This document shows positions 18,657 to 27,809 of a DNA stretch of 59,419 bases, piece after piece (the first letter of the stretch is position 1; the number at the start of each line of letters is the position of its first letter). The stretch comes from a virus (lineage: Duplodnaviria; Caudoviricetes), in the IMG/VR virus record IMGVR_UViG_3300048578_000449, positions 1-59,419 of that record; one strand, written 5' to 3'. The position numbers and the translations under genes were made by a program. The notes below the pieces were generated by a model. It saw only the letters and a program-made list of their open reading frames with translations, was not told where the DNA came from and ran no database searches.

Positions 18657-19775
18657 ATGCCGAAGAAGAAAACCGCAGCGAAGAAGCTCGGTCGGCCCCG
18701 CAAGATCGTCGGCGGCAAGCTCTCGCATGCGGAGGTCGCAAAGGAACTCGTCGAAGGGATCGTCGTCATTGACGAGGGACGCGAGATGCGGCGCGTCCCG
18801 ACCTTGCGCGAGGTCGCCAAACGCTTCGGTGTCTGGCACAGCCTCATCGGCAAGATCGCACAAGCCGAGGACTGCCTCCGGAAGCACGAGCTTTACCGCC
18901 AAGCGCACCCCGAGCCCTTCGATGCGTACGACGAGTGGGAAGCTCGAAAGAAGGCAAAGGCGCGCCCGAAAGCGGCGCTTCGACCGGAACCGGAAGCAGC
19001 GCCAGAACCCATCGGCGGCGCGCCAGGCCTGCGCAAGCGCAAACCCGGCCACCCGAGCCGTCTCGATTGTCCCGTGCCGTGGAACGAGATCGATCGCCTG
19101 CTCGTGGTCGGGGAAAACATCGAGCTGCCCGACGGAACGCAGTCGACGCACTACCCGCCGCTACGCGAGCTCGGGCGGCGCTTCGGCGTGTCGCACTCGG
19201 CGATCGTGAAGTATTGGCAGGACCACCACTGTGAGCGACGGCGCGAGACGGCCCGCCAACGACTCATCGACAAGACCGAGGAAAAACTCATCGAACTTCG
19301 TGCGACGGCAATCGCGGTCTCGAAGGACGACGCGCTTCGGATCATCGACAAGTTCCTGGTGAAGTTCGAGCAAGCGCTCGATGACGATCGCGTGCGGTAT
19401 GACCTGCCGGCTGACTTCAGCACGATGGTCCGCCTGAAGGAGTTCGTCTCGGGCGGTCCGGACTCCCGTCAGGAGACGACGACGACCTTCACGCTCGAGA
19501 TGCTGCAGGAGCGCCACCAGCGGATGCTGCGTGACACCCGCGAGCTGTCCCCGGCGGAGATGGGTGTGGTCGATGCGTCGGGGCACGAGGTCACGCCTGC
19601 ACTCGAGACGAGCGAGGTGGACTCGGAAGTGGACAGCGACGACACGTTGGACCGCGATGCGGGTGAGGCGGAAGCCGATGCAGCCTCACTGTACCCCCCA
19701 GATCGCCCCTTCGAGGACGATGCCGGCCAACAGACCGACGGTGCCCCGGCTTTGGCCGACGAGGAGGAAACATGA
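18657..19775 (+). CDS. Probable terminase small subunit with a duplicated HTH and acidic tail
   Basis: PTLREVAKRFGVWHSLI and PPLRELGRRFGVSHSAI; helical oligomerisation region; upstream of terL. Confidence 0.6.
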   Translation: MPKKKTAAKKLGRPRKIVGGKLSHAEVAKELVEGIVVIDEGREMRRVPTLREVAKRFGVWHSLIGKIAQAEDCLRKHELYRQAHPEPFDAYDEWEARKKAKARPKAALRPEPEAAPEPIGGAPGLRKRKPGHPSRLDCPVPWNEIDRLLVVGENIELPDGTQSTHYPPLRELGRRFGVSHSAIVKYWQDHHCERRRETARQRLIDKTEEKLIELRATAIAVSKDDALRIIDKFLVKFEQALDDDRVRYDLPADFSTMVRLKEFVSGGPDSRQETTTTFTLEMLQERHQRMLRDTRELSPAEMGVVDASGHEVTPALETSEVDSEVDSDDTLDRDAGEAEADAASLYPPDRPFEDDAGQQTDGAPALADEEET

Positions 19776-20011
19776 GCGGTTCTCGGGTGATGCTGCCCGT
19801 CGGCCCGGTGCGGGAGCTCGTGCGTGTGGTGCGCGAGTTCGCTCTGCGCCTAGACGCCAACACCGATTCGGTCCCTGCAGTCCTCGAAGCGCAGCGCCTC
19901 CGCGCGGTCGAAGCGGTCGAAGCGGTCGGAGCGGAGCTCGACGGGGAAGACCGTCGACCGTCGCACGACGTCCGCTTGTCCCGCGCGGCCACCGAAGGGA
20001 GCGACGCGTGA
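19772..20011 (+). CDS. Small hypothetical protein
   Basis: ATGA overlap with terS; GAGGAGG RBS. Confidence 0.45.
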   Translation: MSGSRVMLPVGPVRELVRVVREFALRLDANTDSVPAVLEAQRLRAVEAVEAVGAELDGEDRRPSHDVRLSRAATEGSDA

Positions 20012-20060
20012 CCCGTGCCGCGCCGATGCAGCGGAAGCAGGGCGCCTACGCCGCAAGACG

Positions 20061-20510
20061 GCGCGTCCACCGTCCGTGTTCGGCGCGAAGTGGACGCGCG
20101 CTGGTCAATAAACGGTCTATTGCGCTGGCCATTGGACGGTCCCGCTCGGACCTCCGGCGCACCCGCACCCCGCGAACGTCCGCTTTTAGACAGAAGTGGC
20201 CGTTCGCGCGCAAACCCGCGGCAAAACACGCGAATCTTTGGGGGCCAACGTGGACCCATCGCGCGGGTCACGAACGTCCACTTTTCCCGCCGCGCGTGCC
20301 GATGGCGTCGCGCGAGGCCGTCCTGCCTACCTCGCCCCCGATGGTGCAGACGGGTGGGGGGGTGGTCGGACTTTCCCGGTCCATGGACCGGCTGCCCCCT
20401 TGCCTACCCCCGTTTTCGATAGGGTCTGCTCCCCGCAATTGTCCACTTTCAGCCGTCCCCGACCGGCAAGAAGTGGACAAGTCCAAAAGGGCCTCGGTCA
20501 ATTGTCCACT
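20061..20510. repeat. Array of GTCCAC(TT)-like motifs in both orientations around a 16-bp palindrome; candidate pac/cos or recombinase site
   Basis: IRs at 20061-70/20090-99, 20171-85/20194-208, 20439-48/20471-80; direct repeat CAATTGTCCACT at 20436 and 20499; palindrome CCGGTCCATGGACCGG at 20376-20391. Confidence 0.75.
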
Positions 20511-20553
20511 GCAAGTGACTTTTCGGGGCGAAATTCGCTCCCCGCGCCTGCGG

Positions 20554-21168
20554 TCAGCACGGCAGTTCCTGCACCACCCGAAGCAGATCTTCGTCCGAGC
20601 TGTGGGTGTAGATCATGGTCGACTCAATGGAGGCGTGCCGCGCGAAGCGCTGCGTGAGGCGGATGTCTTTGGTGCGGCGGTAGACGCCCGAACACGCCGT
20701 GTGCCTCAGGCAGTGAAAGTTGAATCGGCGCTCGAAGCCCGCGCGCTCCTGCCACAGCGCGAACGCGCGACGCACTTGCCGCGTCGAGAGTCGTCGACCG
20801 AGTCGGCTGAGGAAAAGCGGCGCATCCGGCGCGAGCACTTCGCCGGCTCGCTCGCGCAGCTTCAGCAACTTGTCGAGCTTCGCTCGCATCCCGTCCGAGA
20901 GAATGATCTCCTGGTGCGACGCTTCCTTGCTGGAACGCTTGAACACGCGCAAGGCGACATGGCGCGCGCAGCGAGCCCCGCCGCGCACATCGCCCACGTT
21001 CAGCGCCACAATCTCGTGCTCCCTGAGTCCGGTCGAGAGCGCCAGGCTCATGAGAACGTGATCGCGGAACCCGTCCTTGTGGCTACCGCTCACGCTAAGC
21101 AATCGAAGCACTTCCGTTTCGGTCAGCGTGCGAACAGGCCGTTTCACTGCCGTGGCGTAGGCGGGCAT
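20554..21168 (-). CDS. Minimal tyrosine recombinase (catalytic domain only)
   Basis: [24 protein letters not shown]...TMIY catalytic residues intact; AAGGAG RBS before ATG 21168. Confidence 0.9.
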   Translation of the reverse strand: MPAYATAVKRPVRTLTETEVLRLLSVSGSHKDGFRDHVLMSLALSTGLREHEIVALNVGDVRGGARCARHVALRVFKRSSKEASHQEIILSDGMRAKLDKLLKLRERAGEVLAPDAPLFLSRLGRRLSTRQVRRAFALWQERAGFERRFNFHCLRHTACSGVYRRTKDIRLTQRFARHASIESTMIYTHSSDEDLLRVVQELPC

Positions 21169-21194
21169 CGAACAAGCTCCTTCGTTACGTCGCA

Positions 21195-21227
21195 CGTATA
21201 CAGGCTCGCGCGGCGACGCAATTCAAG
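21195..21227 (-). promoter_or_regulatory. Class-2 promoter-like motif CTTGA-N15-GAGCCTGTAT
   Basis: Upstream of the tyrosine recombinase; both half-sites identical to the 58463 copy. Confidence 0.6.
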
Positions 21228-21260
21228 CTTGTTCGAAGGTGACATCCGAAGGAACACGCG

Positions 21261-22691
21261 GTGCTCATCGTAGGTAAACGAGATCCGACCGATCTTGCCG
21301 GATGGCTCTCCACGGAGGCGGGATTCATCGAGAACCTGTGCCACTACGATGGCGAACCTGTCACGCTTGAGCCCTATCAGCGGAGGTTCCTCGACAACCG
21401 CTCGCGGTTCCGGTGGGTGACGAAAAGCAGACAGGTGGGGTTTTCGTTTCTCTTCGCGCTCGAAGCGCTCGCGCGAGCACACCTACGCGATGGCTACACG
21501 GCGGTGTTCGTCAGCTACAACATGGCCGACGCCCTCGAGAAGACCCTCATCGCCCGACAGGTCTTCGAGGAGATGCCACTCGCGTTTCAGAAGAAGCTCA
21601 TCACGGACGCGAAGACCGAGCTTGCCTTCGAGTCGCCCGGTCGCGGCAAACACATCTCGCGCATTCTCTCAGTGCCCTCGAAGGCCCCTCGAGGGAAACG
21701 CGGTGACGTCTACCTAGACGAATTGGCGCACATCCTCAACGACCGCGAGGTCTATCGAGGCTCGACGGCCCTCATCCTGCGTTCCAATGGGCAGCTCACG
21801 GGGTGCAGCACACCGCTTGGGCGACGCGGGATTTTCTGGGAGATCGCAACCGAGGAGCTGCGCAAGTACCCGCACCACTCGCGCATGAACGTGCCCTGGT
21901 GGCTGAGCACCGCGTTCTGCCACGACACGAAGCGCGCCGCGCTCGCAGCGCCGAACCTCACCACCGAAGAGCGCGTGGCCCTGTTCGGCAAGCCCACCAT
22001 CATCGAGCAGTTCGAGTCACTCGCTCTCGAGGACTTCCAGCAAGAGCTCGAGACGCTCTTCGTTGACGAGTCGTATAGCTTCTTCCCCTATGATCTGATC
22101 CTTCCCTGCACGAGCGACGACATCGTCGTGGTCGATGATCCTGCCGCGGTGCGCTCGCCGCTCGGACGTATCGTCGCCGGCTTCGACGTAGGCCGCACGC
22201 GCGACCGCTCCGAGCTTGCCGTCTTCGAACAGGTAGAAGACCGCTTCATGTGTCGCATGATGCGAACCTTCGTGAACACCCCCTTCGCCGAGCAGGAAGC
22301 GCAGCTTCGCTACCTGCTCGGGACGCTTCCCGTCGCGCGCCTATCCATCGACCGAAGCGGAATCGGCATGAACCTCGCCGAAAACCTGTCGCGCGACTTT
22401 CCCCAAGTTGTCCCCGAAAACTTCACTACGGAGTCGAAGGAGCGGTGGGCCACGGACTTCAAAATTCTACTTCAGCGTCGAGACGTGACGCTGGCGAAAG
22501 ATCGCGACCTGGTGGGTCAGATCCATTCCATCAAGCGTCGAGTTCTCGGCTCTGGGAAAGTGAGCTTCGATGCCGAGCGCACGAACCGCGGACACGCCGA
22601 CAAGTTCTGGGCAGTAGCATTGGCATGTCAGCGTGAGCGCACGCTCGGCAAAGGTCGAGGGGTGCAGGTGGGAGTGCGAGTGATTGGATGA
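21261..22691 (+). CDS. terL: Terminase large subunit
   Basis: [13 protein letters not shown] Walker A, YLDELAH Walker [31 protein letters not shown]. Confidence 0.95.
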   Translation: MLIVGKRDPTDLAGWLSTEAGFIENLCHYDGEPVTLEPYQRRFLDNRSRFRWVTKSRQVGFSFLFALEALARAHLRDGYTAVFVSYNMADALEKTLIARQVFEEMPLAFQKKLITDAKTELAFESPGRGKHISRILSVPSKAPRGKRGDVYLDELAHILNDREVYRGSTALILRSNGQLTGCSTPLGRRGIFWEIATEELRKYPHHSRMNVPWWLSTAFCHDTKRAALAAPNLTTEERVALFGKPTIIEQFESLALEDFQQELETLFVDESYSFFPYDLILPCTSDDIVVVDDPAAVRSPLGRIVAGFDVGRTRDRSELAVFEQVEDRFMCRMMRTFVNTPFAEQEAQLRYLLGTLPVARLSIDRSGIGMNLAENLSRDFPQVVPENFTTESKERWATDFKILLQRRDVTLAKDRDLVGQIHSIKRRVLGSGKVSFDAERTNRGHADKFWAVALACQRERTLGKGRGVQVGVRVIG

Positions 22692-22721
22692 TCGAGCTCG
22701 ACACTCCCCTCGCGCCCCCAG

Positions 22722-23189
22722 CTAGCGACGTTGGCCGTCCGCCATTCGCCAGACGCACTCGAGCAAGACGACGATCGCCTCGGATGCGGGAAGGTTAGCA
22801 TTCACGATGCGAGTTCGAACCTCGCGTCCGAATGCCTCCGACTCCCGCGAAAGCCCCACGGAGCCGAGTTTGGCCTTGGCCTGAGCTTCGACCGAGCCGT
22901 GTTCGTAGCCGAGGTCGAAGAAGCACTTCTCCCGCTCGCGCTGGGTCTCAGTTTGCAGGGATTCGAGTTCCAAAAACGTACTCGCGTCCGCGCCCATTGC
23001 GGCCGAAACCCGCTCCTGAAGGCGGACGATCTTGGCCCGAGTGGTCACATTTCCTAAACACTTCTCGACGGCTTCGTCGACCGGGTGCTGGTCGTTGGGT
23101 CCGCGATGGATCTGGTCGTAGTAACGACGCCATCGGACAGCAAACCGCCCCGGGTGGTGCGACGCACCCTTGTCTGATACCTTGTTCAT
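22722..23189 (-). CDS. Hypothetical protein (antisense moron between terL and portal)
   Basis: 155-aa ORF with its own class-2 promoter-like motif. Confidence 0.55.
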   Translation of the reverse strand: MNKVSDKGASHHPGRFAVRWRRYYDQIHRGPNDQHPVDEAVEKCLGNVTTRAKIVRLQERVSAAMGADASTFLELESLQTETQREREKCFFDLGYEHGSVEAQAKAKLGSVGLSRESEAFGREVRTRIVNANLPASEAIVVLLECVWRMADGQRR

Positions 23190-23259
23190 CGGTGAGCCTT
23201 TCTTTTCAAGGTTCGCCCACGGGTCCGGACGTTAGCAGCGTCGCGGGCCCATTTGCATG

Positions 23260-23292
23260 TCTAGTAACGCTCGTATCTCGAGCATAGGCAAG
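23260..23292 (-). promoter_or_regulatory. Class-2 promoter-like motif CTTGC-N15-GAGCGTTACT
   Basis: Same spacing as the other copies; upstream of 22722..23189. Confidence 0.5.
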
Positions 23293-23505
23293 CGACATTC
23301 GCGACGCATGCGATTCGATCGGCGCGGCGTCTGAAGCTGATTCGACGTCGCTCGAATTCCAGAAACGACCGAATCGCTCCTGCTGCATGGCGCACCTTGG
23401 ATGTCACTCGAACGGGGCGAGCGCGTTCGTCGCTGCATTCCGCCGCGCTCATGCACTCGCATCCCGCAGCGGCCGAGGTAGCTCATGATGAACGCCACGC
23501 CCCCT

Positions 23506-23537
23506 GTCCCCCATGGGCACGCCTCGACCCCCTTTGC
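23506..23537 (+). promoter_or_regulatory. Class-1 promoter for the portal/head operon
   Basis: GTCCCC-N21-TTTGC followed by N6-TGAG. Confidence 0.7.
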
Positions 23538-23628
23538 TCCTATTGAGTCGGCGTCGCGTTCGTCGCCAAGCCCAAGCCGTCCCATCTTGGCCGGAGCCGG
23601 CGCCGACTCAGTTTTGTCGAGGTTTTCC

Positions 23629-23835
23629 ATGCGTAGCGCCCTGAACCTGTTCCTCGTTTCGCTCAAAACACCGTTGGCGTCACCAACGCCTGGGCCCGAG
23701 TTCGAGGTCGAAGCCAAGACCGAGGACTACCTCCTACAGGCGGGTCGCGATCTGCTCGTGTCAAAGGGCTATCGCATCTGCGCACTCATGTTTGGCGTCA
23801 AAGGTCTCCTTGCCTACGTGGAGAAGGCGGAGTGA
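23629..23835 (+). CDS. Small hypothetical protein preceding the portal
   Basis: GAGG RBS before ATG 23629; GTGA overlap with the portal. Confidence 0.5.
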   Translation: MRSALNLFLVSLKTPLASPTPGPEFEVEAKTEDYLLQAGRDLLVSKGYRICALMFGVKGLLAYVEKAE

Positions 23836-25634
23836 TTGCAGACGACGCCGCTCGCGAGGCGAGCGCCAGCCTGGGAGTGATCCTGAAGGCGATGGTCGTT
23901 GGTTCAACTGTCGCAGATCCGGCCAGTCGCGGCGGTGGCGACAGCCAAGCCAACGCCTTCACCACAGCCGGCGCGCTGGTGCCACCGTACGAGCCCGATG
24001 TCCTCTGCACCCTGTTCGAGCACTCGAACTCGCTTCGCCAGAACGTCGACGCTTACGCAACGAACATTGATGGGTTTGGCTACCGCTTCGAGCCTGCCAT
24101 CGATCTCGAATCCGAAGACGCACAGCAGAAGGTCGCCGACACGATGCTGCTCGAGTTCGAAGCGGCTCGAGCCGCTGGGACGCTCCCGGTAGGCACCTCC
24201 CCCGCCCCGACCCCTGATCAGGTCGCCGCTCGACTCGAAGACCTCCGTCGCCTCGCACGAGCCGAGAAGGGTCGGCTCGAAGCCTTCTTCGACTTCTGCT
24301 GCTTCGACCATTCCTTCGTCGATTTGCGCCGCCGCACGCGACAGGACCTCGAAGTCACGGGAAACGCCTATTGGGAGGTACTTCGAGACGGAAAGGGTGA
24401 CGTCGCACGTTTCGTGTACGTGCCTGCCCATACGGTCAGGCTCATGCCAATCGATCGCGAGCCGACGGAGATGCAAGACCGAGTTCGCGTATCGCCGGTC
24501 ACCTTCGAAACGGTCACGTCCCGACGCCGCCTTCGCCGCTTCATTCAGATCCAAGGCTCCGAAGTCGTCTACTTCAAATCGTTCGCCGATCGCCGCGCCG
24601 TCTCGCGAGCATCGGGACGCATCTTCCCCGACGTTGCATCCCTCAAAGCCGAAAGCGCAGCTGACGCTCCTGCCACGGAGCTTCTACACTTCGCCATCCA
24701 CTCGCCGCGATCGCCCTACGGCGTGCCCCGTTGGGTGGGCACGCTGCTTTCGGTGCTTGGCTCGCGGCAAATGGAAGAGGTCAACTACCTCTACTTCAAC
24801 AACAAGTCGGTGCCCCCGCTCGCGTTGCTCGTGTCGGGAGGAAGACTCTCCGAGTCGTCGGTACCGCGCATCGAGCGCTTCATTGAAGAGAACCTCAAGG
24901 GCAAGTCGAACTTTCACAAGATCCTCATCCTCGAAGCCGATGGCGCAGGCGCTGGTGACGGCAGTCGAGCCAAGATTGAGCTACATCCGCTGACCGACGC
25001 GCAACAGAAGGATGCGCTCTTTCAGACCTACGACGAACGCAACATTGACAAGGTCGGCAGTTCGTTCCGTCTACCGCGTCTCCTTCGGGGTGAGACCAAG
25101 GATTTCAACCGAGCCACCGCCGAAAGTGCATTGCGATTCGCCGAAGACCAAGTATTCCAACCGGAGCGCGACGAGTTCGATTTTCTCATGAACCGTCAGA
25201 TCTTGGCCGATCTCGGCATCCGCTTCTGGCGCTTTCGCTCGCAGACGCCCGTCACTCGAGATCCAGAGCGAATGACGGAGATGGTCGAGCGGCTCGTGCG
25301 CGTCGGCGTTCTCACGCCCGAAGAGGGGCGCATGCTCGCGGGCGACATCTTCAATCGCGAGTTTCGCAAGATTGGCGACGATTGGACGAAGCGCCCCATC
25401 ACCCTCACCCTAGCGGGGATTCAGACCGGAGTGGAAGACCTGCGCACGCAAGGGGCGCAACCGGGCCTGCTCAACAACGCCAAGCAACTGCTCGCGTTGC
25501 GAGAGGAGTTGCGCCAGGAGGAGGCGCGTCTTTCCGACCGGCGCACGGAGCTCGCGCGTCAGTACGCCTCCCCCGAACGTCATTCGATACCTCGCGAGGA
25601 GTTCGAGCGCTGGTTCGAAGGGTCGCAGCCATGA
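23832..25634 (+). CDS. Phage portal protein (PBSX/XkdE-like)
   Basis: DLEVTGNAYWEV, YGVPRW, NYLYFNNKSVP, FRLP.LLRG, FNRATAE. Confidence 0.92.
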   Translation: MIADDAAREASASLGVILKAMVVGSTVADPASRGGGDSQANAFTTAGALVPPYEPDVLCTLFEHSNSLRQNVDAYATNIDGFGYRFEPAIDLESEDAQQKVADTMLLEFEAARAAGTLPVGTSPAPTPDQVAARLEDLRRLARAEKGRLEAFFDFCCFDHSFVDLRRRTRQDLEVTGNAYWEVLRDGKGDVARFVYVPAHTVRLMPIDREPTEMQDRVRVSPVTFETVTSRRRLRRFIQIQGSEVVYFKSFADRRAVSRASGRIFPDVASLKAESAADAPATELLHFAIHSPRSPYGVPRWVGTLLSVLGSRQMEEVNYLYFNNKSVPPLALLVSGGRLSESSVPRIERFIEENLKGKSNFHKILILEADGAGAGDGSRAKIELHPLTDAQQKDALFQTYDERNIDKVGSSFRLPRLLRGETKDFNRATAESALRFAEDQVFQPERDEFDFLMNRQILADLGIRFWRFRSQTPVTRDPERMTEMVERLVRVGVLTPEEGRMLAGDIFNREFRKIGDDWTKRPITLTLAGIQTGVEDLRTQGAQPGLLNNAKQLLALREELRQEEARLSDRRTELARQYASPERHSIPREEFERWFEGSQP

Positions 25635-25930
25635 AGGTCAAGCCCACCGATAAGCGGCCATGCAATCTCAAACGCGGCGAGGTGCGCCGCGTCTCTCAGG
25701 ACGTTCGATTTCCCTTGGTGGGTTATCACGTCTGCTGCCCGCGTTGTGGATTCGTGAGCGTCGCCTTCCAGAACCAAGATGGGATGATCATCACGGAAGG
25801 CGCCACGTCTGAGGCACTGACGTTTTCCCAACCGCTCACCTGCATCTACTGCGCAATTCTCATTTACATCGTTGACGGTGACGTCCGCCTGGAGGCAAAT
25901 GGCAATGAACGACATCTTGTTTTCCGATGA
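25631..25930 (+). CDS. Small Zn-binding hypothetical protein
   Basis: CCPRCG and CIYC; ATGA overlap with the portal. Confidence 0.55.
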   Translation: MKVKPTDKRPCNLKRGEVRRVSQDVRFPLVGYHVCCPRCGFVSVAFQNQDGMIITEGATSEALTFSQPLTCIYCAILIYIVDGDVRLEANGNERHLVFR

Positions 25931-26990
25931 CGCCCTGCTCACGGTGAGCGAGGCAGGGCTGTTCCTCGACGACGTCTTCGAGCGGCTACTCGCCTTGCCC
26001 TTGGCCAAGGCTTTCGACCTCGGGACCACACGGGACTTCGAGCGCGCCGTCTCGCTTCTGGGCGCCAAGCTCCGCGCGTCGAGCCGCAAGTCCGACGCGC
26101 AAGCGGTCAGGGACTCTCTTTCGGTGCTCGATGTCGATTGGCACGCAACACCCCCCGAGCAACGAAGCCGGCTCATCGCACGCGCCCTCTCGACCGCCGG
26201 CCGCGCGCTTGCTCCAGCCTTACGCGCCATCGAGGCGCCGCTCTCGAACGCGGCGAGTGCCGTGGTCTATGCCACGCGGACTGACAGCCGCCGTCGGCAG
26301 AAGCTCGTCATCGGCGCCGACTTCAATGCGCTTGATAGGCGCATCATGACTCACGTGGTTCGGTCCCAGGGCAACTTCGTCCGAGACGAGCACGGAAGGC
26401 GTCTCGACGACTTCGGTGAGCGAGCCCGAGAAATTGTCGCCATTGGACTCGAGCAGGGCCTCGGTCGAGACGACATTGCGCATGCCCTCCACTCGGCAGC
26501 AAGCGCGGTCTTTGTCTCCCGCTCGCGAAGCTACTGGAACGTCATCGCAAGCGCCTTTGTCGGCCAGGCTCGATCCTTCGCGCAGATGAGCAGCTACGCC
26601 GAGGCCGGCGTGCGGCGCTATGTTGTGGAGGCGGTACTCGATGAAGTCACGACACCCTGCTGCAGATTTTTGCATGGAAAGACATTTTCGGTGGGCGAAG
26701 CACTCAAGCGCTTCGATGCCATTGAGCGGCTCGATGCACCCGAGCGCATCAAAGTCGTGGCTCCCTGGATCCGTCAGGGCATGGACCCCGAGAGCCGTCG
26801 GTCCGTCCTCTACGTAAATAGCGCATCAGGGCGCGTCCCACTCGCCGAGGTGTTGCGGACCGGAAACGGTAACCACGACGACCTCGGCGAGTTTCGGGCA
26901 ATGATCAACGATCGCAAGCTCGGTGAGCTTGGGATCGGGTTCCCGCCGTACCACGGACATTGTCGAACGACGACGCTGGCGGTAGTCTAG
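25899..26990 (+). CDS. Minor head / head morphogenesis protein (MuF/SPP1 gp7-like)
   Basis: AVLDEVTTPCCRFLHGK...FPPYHGHCRTT; GGAGG RBS. Confidence 0.88.
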   Translation: MAMNDILFSDDALLTVSEAGLFLDDVFERLLALPLAKAFDLGTTRDFERAVSLLGAKLRASSRKSDAQAVRDSLSVLDVDWHATPPEQRSRLIARALSTAGRALAPALRAIEAPLSNAASAVVYATRTDSRRRQKLVIGADFNALDRRIMTHVVRSQGNFVRDEHGRRLDDFGERAREIVAIGLEQGLGRDDIAHALHSAASAVFVSRSRSYWNVIASAFVGQARSFAQMSSYAEAGVRRYVVEAVLDEVTTPCCRFLHGKTFSVGEALKRFDAIERLDAPERIKVVAPWIRQGMDPESRRSVLYVNSASGRVPLAEVLRTGNGNHDDLGEFRAMINDRKLGELGIGFPPYHGHCRTTTLAVV

Positions 26991-27076
26991 GATTTACCGC
27001 CGCCCAACAATCGCGCATACCACGCTGCGACGGCGAAGAGGGCTGAGCTTGCTACTCGAGCCTTCCTTGTTTGCTG

Positions 27077-27328
27077 TTACGCCTGGTTCTTTTTGGTCGA
27101 CTTGGCTCCCTTGTTGAGAGTTCTGCGCCCAGCGTGCCGAAGGCCCGCACCACGTCGTGGTGCGCCTACTCGTGGGGCGCGCGCCTGATGAACGTTTGTT
27201 TTGCTGCGTTGCCTTCTCGGGGATGCGAGCAGGAGATTGATCGAGTCCGCGAGGTGGCGCCCCAAGCGAATCATCGCGTCAATGTCGCGAACGGCTTCAA
27301 CAAAACTGCTCTCTTGAGTTGTCTTCAT
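27077..27328 (-). CDS. Possible small basic hypothetical protein
   Basis: Short antisense ORF in a lower-GC gap; weak support. Confidence 0.25.
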   Translation of the reverse strand: MKTTQESSFVEAVRDIDAMIRLGRHLADSINLLLASPRRQRSKTNVHQARAPRVGAPRRGAGLRHAGRRTLNKGAKSTKKNQA

Positions 27329-27537
27329 GTGAATACGAACAGCGAACGTCGCGCCCGCTGCCTTTCTGCGCGGCAATGTGGTCTGGACACGACTGCACGT
27401 CAACTGCGCGTTTTGACCAAGCACTTCATGCTTTCACGCCTATTTTACCGCCAGTAAGCGCGTCGAAGAATGGGAAAGAAGTGCTTATGGGTGTGGAAAG
27501 TCTGCAAATGCGTCTTGAGGGAAGTTACGATTTATTT

Positions 27538-27569
27538 GTCCCCTGGCAGCGCGCTCGCCCCCCCTTTGC
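27538..27569 (+). promoter_or_regulatory. Class-1 promoter for the protease/capsid operon
   Basis: GTCCCC-N21-TTTGC. Confidence 0.7.
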
Positions 27570-27587
27570 TCTTGTCGGAGCCCCAAG

Positions 27588-27809
27588 ATGTCCGACAACG
27601 CAAAGCCGAGCAGTCCCCCGACTGGGAACAGCGAAGCGCCGACCAATCCGACCGGTGAGCGAGAAGCTGCTGAAGCGCGACTGGCGCGCGAGCAGCAAAA
27701 GCCGACCGATTCAAAGGATGCCCCCGTAGTCTGGCCGCGCGACATGAGCGCACCCGAGACGGAAACGCCCGAGTGGGGCCGCGATCCGGACCGAGGCGAC
27801 CGTGGATAG
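27588..27809 (+). CDS. Small protein with a WPxD motif shared with the scaffold C-terminus
   Basis: GGAG RBS; VVWPRDM compared with the scaffold VGWPLDL. Confidence 0.55.
   Translation: MSDNAKPSSPPTGNSEAPTNPTGEREAAEARLAREQQKPTDSKDAPVVWPRDMSAPETETPEWGRDPDRGDRG

Noticed and set aside
17394-19151. 585-aa antisense ORF
   Set aside because: Shadow of well-supported + strand genes in GC-rich DNA; no motifs
19531-21273. 580-aa + strand ORF
   Set aside because: Arg/Pro-rich, overlaps terS out of frame and lies antisense to the intact tyrosine recombinase
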